Source: Candidatus Krumholzibacteriia bacterium
GTDB taxonomy: Bacteria; Krumholzibacteriota; Krumholzibacteriia; LZORAL124-64-63
Reading direction: 5' to 3'
Assembly (NCBI GenBank): GCA_036351155.1
Contig: JAZBOO010000015.1
Location: forward strand, 1 to 13,323
DNA length: 13,323 nt
The notes below the pieces were generated by a model that saw only the letters and a list, made by a program, of their open reading frames with translations, did not search any database and was not told where the DNA came from. This document shows positions 1-6,946 of the stretch, one piece after another. The position numbers and the translations under genes were made by a program. How positions within the stretch are numbered: position 1 is the stretch's first letter; each line of letters starts with the position of its first letter.

Positions 1-1
1 C

Positions 2-979
2 CGTATCCCCCCTCAACACCGGGTGGGTCAGAAGTGGTACGAGGGAACGGCCGACGCCGTGTACCAGAACGTGTACCTGCTGGAAAACCGGCGGCCCGAC
101 CACGTGCTCATCCTGTCGGGCGATCACATTTACAAGATGGACTATGGTGACCTGCTGAATTTTCACGCCCAGCAGGGCGGAGCGCTCAGCCTGAGTGCCG
201 CCGTGGTGCCGCGCAAGGGCGCCGAGGAGTTCGGCATCCTCGAGGTGGACGAGCACTGGAAGGTCATCGGCTTCGAGGAAAACCCCGCCGAGCCGCGCAC
301 CATCCCCGGCGATCCTGACCACTGCCTGGTGAACATGGGCGTGTACATCTTCGACACCCAGTGTCTGGTGCGGGAAGTGTCTCGCGACGCCCGGCAAACC
401 GGCAGCAGCCATGACTTCGGCAAGAACATCATTCCGGCACTGGTGGAGAAGGGCGAGGTCTACGCCTATCCGTTCCGCAACGAGGAGACCCTCGAACCCC
501 TGTACTGGCGGGACATCGGAACCCTGGACAGCTACTACCAGACCACCATGGAACTGGTGAGCCGGCGTCCGCGATTCGACCTGTACGACCCCAAGTGGTT
601 GTTCCGCGCCTGGCAGCCGCCGGCGCCGCCTTGCAAATCGGTCCACGGTTTCACCGAGGACGGCACCTTGCCGGGCATTGTGGAGGACAGCATTGTCGGC
701 AGTGGCAGCGTCGTCTCGGGTGGCCGGGTGGAGCGATCCATCCTGGGCCGGGGCGTGCGCGTCAACTCGTACTCCAAGGTGGCCGACAGCATCATCATGG
801 ACGACGTGACCATCGGACGTTACGCGCAGCTCAAGCGGTGCATCATCGACAAGAACGTGGTGATTCCCGAGGGCATGAAGATCGGCCATGATCTGGACAA
901 GGATCGTCAGCTGTTCAAGGTGTCCAAGGAGGGCATCGTGGTGGTGCCCAAGGGGATGGACCTCAGCCCCGAGGGTTAG
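2..979 (+). CDS. glgC: Glucose-1-phosphate adenylyltransferase (ADP-glucose pyrophosphorylase), 5'-truncated by the window edge
   Basis: Frame is open from base 2 (RIPPQHRVGQKWYEGTADAVYQN), so GTG at 23 is not the true start. Motifs WYEGTADAVYQN, LSGDHIYKMDY, MGVYIF, HDFGKNIIP, YWRDIGT and a C-terminal left-handed beta-helix ending GIVVVPKG. Confidence 0.95.
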   Translation, partial: RIPPQHRVGQKWYEGTADAVYQNVYLLENRRPDHVLILSGDHIYKMDYGDLLNFHAQQGGALSLSAAVVPRKGAEEFGILEVDEHWKVIGFEENPAEPRTIPGDPDHCLVNMGVYIFDTQCLVREVSRDARQTGSSHDFGKNIIPALVEKGEVYAYPFRNEETLEPLYWRDIGTLDSYYQTTMELVSRRPRFDLYDPKWLFRAWQPPAPPCKSVHGFTEDGTLPGIVEDSIVGSGSVVSGGRVERSILGRGVRVNSYSKVADSIIMDDVTIGRYAQLKRCIIDKNVVIPEGMKIGHDLDKDRQLFKVSKEGIVVVPKGMDLSPEG

Positions 980-997
980 CCCGGATTTTTCCGGGCT
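978..997. terminator. Hairpin between convergent genes, possible bidirectional terminator or mRNA 3'-end stabiliser
   Basis: Perfect 8-bp inverted repeat AGCCCGGA-TTTT-TCCGGGCT filling the 20-bp gap between the glgC and hydrolase stop codons. No strong U-tract follows on either strand. Confidence 0.5.
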
Positions 998-999
998 GC

Positions 1000-1815
1000 C
1001 TACTCTTCCTTGTTCAGCCGGTACTGATCCGGTCGGCGGTCGGCCCACAGATCGTTGCGCGGCGTGATCATCTTGTGGCACTGGGCCAGCTGAATGGTGG
1101 CCGTGGCCGTGCCGGCGATTTTCTCGGGCACCTGTCCCAATCTATCCCCCAGCGGTGAGACAATCTGACTTAGCCCGATGAACTCCAGGGTGTCGCCGGT
1201 GCGCGCTTCCCTGCCCACGCGGTTGGCTGTCAGGGCGAACACCCGGTTTTCCTGGCAGCGGGTGATCATGGCCGCAGGGCACCAGGGCAACACCAGATTG
1301 GAGGGGTGGCAGATGATCTGAGCACCCCCCAGCGCCAGGCTGCGTGCCGCCTCGGGAAACACCCAGTCGAAGCAGACCATCATCCCCACCTTCGCACCAC
1401 AGGCCTGGAACACGGGAAAGCCCAGATCACCCGGGTCGAACAGACCCTTCTCATCCAGGAACAGATGGATCTTGCGGTAAAGCTCGCGTGTGCCGTCGGG
1501 TCGCACCAGGATGGAGGAGTTGTACACCCGTTCCCCGGCGCGCTCGGCCAGCCCCGCCACCAGGGTGGTGCCCGAGGCGTGGGCCACCTCACTCAGCCGG
1601 GTGGTGATGGGCCCGGGTGCCAGGTCCGGGTGGGCGGCTTCGCTCAGATCCATCACCTCGTCCCGGTTGAGGAACTGGTAGCCGGTGGCAAACAGCTCGG
1701 GCAGCACGGCCAGGTCACACCCCGAGGGAATACGGTTGATGGCATCGTGCAGGTTGGCGCGGATGTTGCCGAAGGTGGGGCTGGTCTGGATCACCGCGAC
1801 GTTCAACTTGTTCAT
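1000..1815 (-). CDS. Carbon-nitrogen hydrolase (nitrilase/amidase superfamily)
   Basis: Catalytic Glu-Lys-Cys triad in the expected contexts (VLPELF, YRKIHLF, MMVCFDWVFPE) plus ANRVG and DRRPDQY. Start placed at ATG 1815 (MNKLNVAVIQ), which has GAGG upstream and overlaps the glycosyltransferase stop (ATGA). Confidence 0.9.
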   Translation of the reverse strand: MNKLNVAVIQTSPTFGNIRANLHDAINRIPSGCDLAVLPELFATGYQFLNRDEVMDLSEAAHPDLAPGPITTRLSEVAHASGTTLVAGLAERAGERVYNSSILVRPDGTRELYRKIHLFLDEKGLFDPGDLGFPVFQACGAKVGMMVCFDWVFPEAARSLALGGAQIICHPSNLVLPWCPAAMITRCQENRVFALTANRVGREARTGDTLEFIGLSQIVSPLGDRLGQVPEKIAGTATATIQLAQCHKMITPRNDLWADRRPDQYRLNKEE

Positions 1816-2909
1816 GGCCTGACCTCGGTCTTGATCTCCAGCTGACAAAGCGCTTCCAGCTGGTCCAGGGTGTGTTCCCGGTCGAAGTGCCGGGTGACAT
1901 GCCGGCGGGCCGCCTGTCCCAGACTTCGGGCCCGGTCCGGATTGTCCAGCAGCTTGGCCAGGGCGTTTTCCAGGCCGAGATGGTCACCCGGGTCCACCAG
2001 AAGTCCCGTTTCCTCGTCCAGGACGATCTCGGGCAGGCTGCTGGCCCGTCCCGCCACCACCGGCACGCCGCAGGCTCCGGCTTCGGCCGCGGACAATCCG
2101 AAGCCCTCGGCAAACGAGGGCATGGCCAGGATGTCCAGCTGCTGGAAAAATGGGAGGGGGTCCTCGACGAAGCCCAGGATGTGCACCGCCTGGGGATGGT
2201 CCAGCCGGGTGCGCCAGTGTTTCAGCTCCTGGTCCAGAATTCCCTGGCCGGCGATTTTCAAATGGGGCCGCTGGGGCCAGTCCCGCTTTTCCAGGCGGCT
2301 CCAGGCCTGCATGAGCTGGGGCAGGCCCTTGCGCTCGATCAGCTGGCCCACGAAACCCACGGTGGGAGGCCGGTGCGCGCTGACCTCGGCCGCGGGGCTG
2401 AAGCGCTGGACATCGATGCCCTTGTACACCAGCTGGATCCGATCGGGAGGCAACCAGGGTGCACTGTCGCAGGTCGTGCGCCGTGTGGCCTCGCTGGCCA
2501 CCAGCAACCCGCTGGCCACGCGGCCGAAGTACCCGCGGTAATGGGGAGAGCTTTTCAACGGAAAATCGCTTTCTCGCGCGGCCCAGATGCACCCGATACC
2601 CGCCAGTCGACCCGCCACTCCGGCGGCCTTCAGGTCCTTGGTCAGGTTGGTCAGCAGGGCGGTCACCCCGGTCTGGCGGAAATACCGCCCCAGGCGCCAC
2701 AGGGTCCAGGGCGCCGCATCGAAACGGATGGGAATCTGGGCCACCTGCACCCCGGCCGCCCGGCCTCGCCGGGAAAGCTCGCTGTCCGGCTGGCAAACCA
2801 GGCTGACGCGATGGCCGCGCGCCTGGAGCTGAACGGCCGTGTCCAGAAACCAGAGCTCGGCCCCGCCCCACGAGCGCATGCTGTTGACCAGACAGAGATG
2901 GGGAATCAT
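1812..2909 (-). CDS. Glycosyltransferase family 4 (GT-B fold, retaining)
   Basis: N-terminal WGGAE, VYKGIDVQRF, FVGQLIERKG and the EX7E motif SFAEGFGLSAAEAGACGVPVV. Start placed at ATG 2909 (MIPHLCLVN) with GGAAGG upstream rather than the ORF-track GTG at 2966. Confidence 0.9.
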   Translation of the reverse strand: MIPHLCLVNSMRSWGGAELWFLDTAVQLQARGHRVSLVCQPDSELSRRGRAAGVQVAQIPIRFDAAPWTLWRLGRYFRQTGVTALLTNLTKDLKAAGVAGRLAGIGCIWAARESDFPLKSSPHYRGYFGRVASGLLVASEATRRTTCDSAPWLPPDRIQLVYKGIDVQRFSPAAEVSAHRPPTVGFVGQLIERKGLPQLMQAWSRLEKRDWPQRPHLKIAGQGILDQELKHWRTRLDHPQAVHILGFVEDPLPFFQQLDILAMPSFAEGFGLSAAEAGACGVPVVAGRASSLPEIVLDEETGLLVDPGDHLGLENALAKLLDNPDRARSLGQAARRHVTRHFDREHTLDQLEALCQLEIKTEVRP

Positions 2910-2937
2910 GGGCACCTTCCGGAAGAAACCTGGGCTC

Positions 2938-2966
2938 AGTTTACGGCGTGGGCGGGGGACTGTCAC
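2938..2966 (-). promoter_or_regulatory. Putative sigma-70-type promoter for the glycosyltransferase-hydrolase pair
   Basis: On the minus strand GTGACA (2966-2961), 17-bp spacer, TAAACT (2943-2938), 28 bp upstream of the proposed ATG. Confidence 0.55.
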
Positions 2967-2999
2967 CTGTCAGGTTCTGGGGCGGATTTTTGTCCGGCA

Positions 3000-3028
3000 T
3001 TGCCACCTTCGGGCCAGTGGATTAATCT
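3000..3028 (+). promoter_or_regulatory. Putative sigma-70-type promoter for the dusB unit
   Basis: TTGCCA (3000-3005), 17-bp spacer, TAATCT (3023-3028). Confidence 0.55.
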
Positions 3029-3078
3029 TGGCGGTCAATGCCGACTGCGAATCCCGAATCCTGAAGATGAATGTGACG

Positions 3079-4098
3079 ATGAACCTGGCCCAGCACCGTA
3101 AAAAAGTGACCATCGACCCTCGCCTGCCCTGGCTGGCGGAAACCCGGCGTTTCCTGTCGCCCATGTCCGGGGTCACCGACCGACCCTACCGGGAAATCTG
3201 TCGCCGCTTCGGCGCCGACATCGGCTTCTGTGAGTTCGCCTCGGCCAGCGGCCTCATGTACGGAGGCGAGGCCACCTGGCAGCTGGTGGACACCGACGGG
3301 GAAGAGGGGCTGGTGGGCATCCAGATCTTCGGATCGGACCCCGAGCACATGGCCGCCGCCGCCCGCCTTTTCCACGGCAAGCGGCTGGACGTGCTGGACA
3401 TCAACTTCGGCTGCCCGGCCAAGAAGGTGGTCAAGAAGTGTGGGGGCAGTGCTCTGCTGGCCGATGTGCCCCTGCTGGAAAAGATCACCCGCGCCGTGAT
3501 TGCCGAGAGTCCCGCGCCGGTGACGGCCAAGATTCGCACCGGGTGGGACGAGGATTCGGTGAACTACGAGGAAGTGGGTCTGCTGCTGCAGGAGCTGGGG
3601 CTGCCCTGGGTGACCATGCATGGGCGCACGCGCAACCAGAAATACCGCGGGCTGGCCAACTGGGATTACATTGCGGGTCTGGTGGAAACGCTGGATATTC
3701 CGGTGATCGGCAACGGCGACGTGGTCGATGGCGACAGCTACCGCCGCATGATCGAGCACACCGGATGCCACGGGGTGATGATCGGACGAGGGGCCATCGG
3801 CAATCCCTGGATCTTCGAGCAGATGCGGGCGGTGGATGAGGATCGCCCGGCTCCCCCGGTGGATTTTGCCGAGATGTGCACCACGACCATCGACCACATC
3901 CGGGGCGAGGTGGCTCTGCGCGGCGAACGCTCCGGGTGCTTCGTGGTGCGCAAGCACATCGCCAGGTGTTTCAAGGGATATCCGGGAGCGAGTGTTCTGC
4001 GGCGCAGGCTTTTCGACACCGAGGACCCTGAACAGATGGTGGCCATTTTGCGTGAGGCGGCGGCCGCCGGCGACCCGCGCGCAGGGAGCGAGACATGA
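3079..4098 (+). CDS. dusB: tRNA-dihydrouridine synthase (DusB-like)
   Basis: LSPMSGVTDRPYR, GIQIFGSDP, DINFGCP (catalytic Cys), KIRTGW, HGRTR, GNGDV, MIGRGAIGNPWIF, RKH. Start uncertain (ATG 3067, ATG 3079 or GTG 3106). The ORF-track start at 2839 overlaps the opposite gene and is unlikely. Confidence 0.92.
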   Translation: MNLAQHRKKVTIDPRLPWLAETRRFLSPMSGVTDRPYREICRRFGADIGFCEFASASGLMYGGEATWQLVDTDGEEGLVGIQIFGSDPEHMAAAARLFHGKRLDVLDINFGCPAKKVVKKCGGSALLADVPLLEKITRAVIAESPAPVTAKIRTGWDEDSVNYEEVGLLLQELGLPWVTMHGRTRNQKYRGLANWDYIAGLVETLDIPVIGNGDVVDGDSYRRMIEHTGCHGVMIGRGAIGNPWIFEQMRAVDEDRPAPPVDFAEMCTTTIDHIRGEVALRGERSGCFVVRKHIARCFKGYPGASVLRRRLFDTEDPEQMVAILREAAAAGDPRAGSET

Positions 4099-4877
4099 AT
4101 ACCCTGGGAAACAAATGGGCCGTGGTCATTTTACTGGCGCTGCCGGCGCTGGGGCTGACCGGGTGCGGGCCCAAGAAAACCGGCCCGGGAATCACCACCT
4201 TGGCCGGCGAGGGGCAACAGCAAATTGAACACGTGGTGGCGGCCGGGGAAACCCTGGACCAGATCGCCGACAACTACTATGGCACGCCGGAGTGGGCCGG
4301 GGACATCGCCCGGGATAACGGGCTGTCCGATGGTTTCTCCGTGGCCCCGGGCTCGGTGCTGATTCTGCGCTTCGGAGCCGATCAGTGGGAAGAAGCTCGA
4401 CGCCGAGCCGCCGCGCTGGCTCCCTACAACCGTGGGGTGGATATGATGCAGCAGGATCGTCTGGCCGAGGCGGGCCGTCAGTTCGAGCTGGCCCTGGCCA
4501 CGGCCCCCGGTCTGGCCGCTGCGCGCTACAACCTGGCCCTGGTGCAGCTGCAGCGTGGGAAAAACGATGAGGCTCTGGCCCTTCTGACCCCCTTGACGGA
4601 GAGTCGGCCCGATGATCCCGATTTTGGTTTTGCCCGGGGCAATGCGCTGTTTCAGCTGACCCGGTTCGAGGAGGCCAGCACCCAGTTCGGTCGGGTTCTG
4701 GCCGATCATCCCGATCATTCCCGGGCCGCCTTCGGCCTGGCGCGCAGTCTGGAGGCCGAGGAAAAAACATCCGCCGCCATTGCCGCCTGGCAAGCCTACC
4801 TGAAACTGGACAGCACCTCCAGCTGGGCGGAGACCGCACGCCGCAGTCTGCGAAAGCTGACCGATGGCAGCAGCTGA
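4095..4877 (+). CDS. Predicted lipoprotein with LysM domain and tetratricopeptide repeats
   Basis: Signal peptide with lipobox LTG-C24; LysM-like segment HVVAAGETLDQIADNYYG...IARDNGL...VAPGSVLIL; about four TPR-like repeats (YNRGV, ARYNLALV, FARGNALF, AAFGLARSL). GGGAG RBS and ATGA overlap with dusB. Confidence 0.82.
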   Translation: MNTLGNKWAVVILLALPALGLTGCGPKKTGPGITTLAGEGQQQIEHVVAAGETLDQIADNYYGTPEWAGDIARDNGLSDGFSVAPGSVLILRFGADQWEEARRRAAALAPYNRGVDMMQQDRLAEAGRQFELALATAPGLAAARYNLALVQLQRGKNDEALALLTPLTESRPDDPDFGFARGNALFQLTRFEEASTQFGRVLADHPDHSRAAFGLARSLEAEEKTSAAIAAWQAYLKLDSTSSWAETARRSLRKLTDGSS

Positions 4878-6189
4878 AAGGCCCCTTCTGCAACTGCGCG
4901 GGTGGTCCCTGGAAAGACGCACCGAGACGGGGTCACGGCCCATCCTGGAAGATGTGGACCTTGACCTGCACGCCGGCCGCTCACTGGCCGTCCTGGGCAA
5001 CAACGGCTCCGGGAAAAGTTCGCTGCTGAAGTACCTGGCCTCCGATGAATCTCCCCTGTCCGACTCCCGCGCCATCATGTTTCAGGATCCTGACGATCAG
5101 ATCATTGCCCCGACGGTCATCGGTGAACTGCAACTGGGGCGAACCACTTCGGGGACACGAGAGCTGCTCAAGGAGCTGGGGCTGTCGGGTGCCGCCGATC
5201 TGGATCCTCGCCTTTTATCTGCGGGGCAGAAGCAGCGCCTGGTGCTGGGGGTTGTGCTCCAGAGCGACCCACAGGTGCTGTTCTGTGACGAGCCCACCGC
5301 CTTGCAGGATCCCGAGCAGGCCCGCTGGGTCCTGGACCGGCTGCAAGCCTGGCGCCGGCAACCGGGCCGCACGCTGGTGACGGCCACCTGCGACTGGCAG
5401 GATCTGGATCTGGCAGATGACCTGCTGGTGCTGGACCAGGGGCGGGTGGTCCTGGCCGGTCCGGTGGCCGAGGCGGGCGATGCCCCACAGGTCCTCGACG
5501 TGCTGGGGCCACGGCGAGTAGAGTTGGCCACCCCGGCGTTTCAGGGAGACCCCGAGGGTCCGGGATTTCTCCGCGTGGCGGGCCTGGCTTTTCAGGGCCA
5601 CTCCGCCTGGCGGGGCCTGGCCAACGTGCACCTGGAGCTGGCCGGTGGTCAGGTGATGGGCGTGGTGGGGCCCAATGGCTGTGGAAAAAGCACCCTGCTG
5701 GCCGCCTGTGTCGGGGCGCGGAAACCCGATGCGGGGACCATCAGCCTGGGCGACCATGTCCTTTACGGCAGGGGCCAGACCGACCTGGATCACGGCCTGG
5801 CCATGCTGGCTCCCCAGTTCCCGGAGTACCTGTTCACGCGGTCCACGGTGGCCCAGGAGATCGCCCTGGATCCTGGATTGGCCACCCTGGGGCCGGGTCC
5901 CCTGCTGGATCGGCTGGGGTTGCCGCCCGAGGTGCTGAGTGAAAATCCTCACGCCCTGAGCACGGGGCAGAAACGGCGCCTGGCCCTGGGACTGGTCCTG
6001 TTTTCGGGGCGGAAGCTGCTTGTGCTGGACGAGCCCACCGCGGCCCTGGACCACGCCGGCCGTCAGCTTGTTCTGGACCTGATCCGACAGGTTCCCCACG
6101 ACAGCGCGGTTCTGATGGCCTCGAACGATCGGCCATTTCTGGCGGAACTGGGCTGCCCTCGGCTGGAAATGGGCGATTTGAGCCCCTGA
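4864..6189 (+). CDS. Tandem two-domain ABC ATPase resembling fused ECF-transporter EcfA-EcfA' subunits
   Basis: Two Walker A motifs (GNNGSGKS, GPNGCGKS), signatures LSAGQ and LSTGQ, Walker B FCDEPT and VLDEPT, ECF-like Q-loop segments FQDPDDQ and PQFPEYLF. Overlaps the upstream gene by 14 bp. Confidence 0.85.
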   Translation: MAAAERPLLQLRGWSLERRTETGSRPILEDVDLDLHAGRSLAVLGNNGSGKSSLLKYLASDESPLSDSRAIMFQDPDDQIIAPTVIGELQLGRTTSGTRELLKELGLSGAADLDPRLLSAGQKQRLVLGVVLQSDPQVLFCDEPTALQDPEQARWVLDRLQAWRRQPGRTLVTATCDWQDLDLADDLLVLDQGRVVLAGPVAEAGDAPQVLDVLGPRRVELATPAFQGDPEGPGFLRVAGLAFQGHSAWRGLANVHLELAGGQVMGVVGPNGCGKSTLLAACVGARKPDAGTISLGDHVLYGRGQTDLDHGLAMLAPQFPEYLFTRSTVAQEIALDPGLATLGPGPLLDRLGLPPEVLSENPHALSTGQKRRLALGLVLFSGRKLLVLDEPTAALDHAGRQLVLDLIRQVPHDSAVLMASNDRPFLAELGCPRLEMGDLSP

Positions 6190-6212
6190 AAGCCTATCGG
6201 GCAATTCTCCAC

Positions 6213-6241
6213 TTGCCGCCGTTGGGGTGGATTGCTAGTTT
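6213..6241 (+). promoter_or_regulatory. Putative sigma-70-type promoter of the pyr cluster
   Basis: TTGCCG (6213-6218), 17-bp spacer, TAGTTT (6236-6241) preceded by an extended -10 TGn. Confidence 0.6.
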
Positions 6242-6287
6242 TCCTCGGAAGTCGAACCAAAACCAGGAGGCAGAGCGCGAAAACCCC

Positions 6288-6316
6288 GCATGGACCATGA
6301 GCCCATGCTTTTTTTT
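6288..6316 (+). terminator. Intrinsic terminator in the pyrR leader (candidate attenuator)
   Basis: Stem GCATGG (6288-6293) / CCATGC (6303-6308) followed immediately by eight T (6309-6316), between the putative promoter and the pyrR start. Confidence 0.7.
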
Positions 6317-6394
6317 GCCTGCGGGTCAGCTCAGCCAGAAGTCAGGGTGTTGACGGGGCATCCGGACTGTTCACCACCCACCCAGGGGAGCGTC

Positions 6395-6946
6395 ATGAAA
6401 TTCGTCGAAAAAGCCGCCATCATGAACAGTCGAGAAATGAGCCGCGCCATCAAGCGGATGGCCCATGAAATCGTGGAGGCTCACAAGGGAGTCGACAACC
6501 TGGTGTTGCTGGGTGTTCAGCGCCGCGGCGTGCCTCTGGCGCGCATGCTGGCCGAATCGATCAAGCAGGTCGAAGGGCGCGAAGTGCCCCAGGGCGCCCT
6601 GGATATCACCTTCTACCGCGACGACCTGTCCAAGCTGGGCCCCACACCTCAGGTGTCCTCCACCGAGATGCCCTTCGATGTCACCGAGAAGACCGTCATC
6701 CTGGTGGACGATGTGCTGTACACCGGCCGGACGGTGCGGGCCGCGCTGGACGTGATCATGGACTGGGGTCGTCCCCAGGCCATTCGTCTGGCCGTGTTGA
6801 TCGACCGCGGTCACCGCGAACTGCCCATCCGCCCGGACTTCGTGGGCAAGAACGTGCCCACCAGTCAGAAGGAAATCATCAAGGTCAAGGTGGCCGATTT
6901 CGACGAGGTCGAGGAAGTCGTGGTCGGGGAGGTTGAAGAATCATGA
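6395..6946 (+). CDS. pyrR: Bifunctional pyr operon regulator / uracil phosphoribosyltransferase PyrR
   Basis: RMAHEIVE, LDITFYRDD, PRPP-binding VILVDDVLYTGRTVRAALD, DRGHRELPIRPDFVGKNVPT. Start at ATG 6395 with GGGGAG RBS. Confidence 0.96.
   Translation: MKFVEKAAIMNSREMSRAIKRMAHEIVEAHKGVDNLVLLGVQRRGVPLARMLAESIKQVEGREVPQGALDITFYRDDLSKLGPTPQVSSTEMPFDVTEKTVILVDDVLYTGRTVRAALDVIMDWGRPQAIRLAVLIDRGHRELPIRPDFVGKNVPTSQKEIIKVKVADFDEVEEVVVGEVEES

Noticed and set aside
2995..3043. Invertible (phase-variable) promoter
   Set aside because: The perfect repeat is only 8 bp, it includes part of the -35 box itself, and no recombinase gene is present in the window.
1872..3101. 409-aa plus-strand ORF opposite the glycosyltransferase, and other nested short ORFs across the window
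   Set aside because: Antisense or alternative-frame shadows with no domain signatures.
6350..6380. TTGACG as a -35 box for a promoter downstream of the terminator
   Set aside because: No plausible -10 hexamer at 16-18 bp spacing.
6290..6394. In-frame 35-codon N-terminal extension of pyrR, or a leader peptide using AGGAGG at 6265-6270
   Set aside because: The AGGAGG is 19 nt from ATG 6290, too far for an RBS; ATG 6395 has its own RBS and matches the normal PyrR N-terminus.
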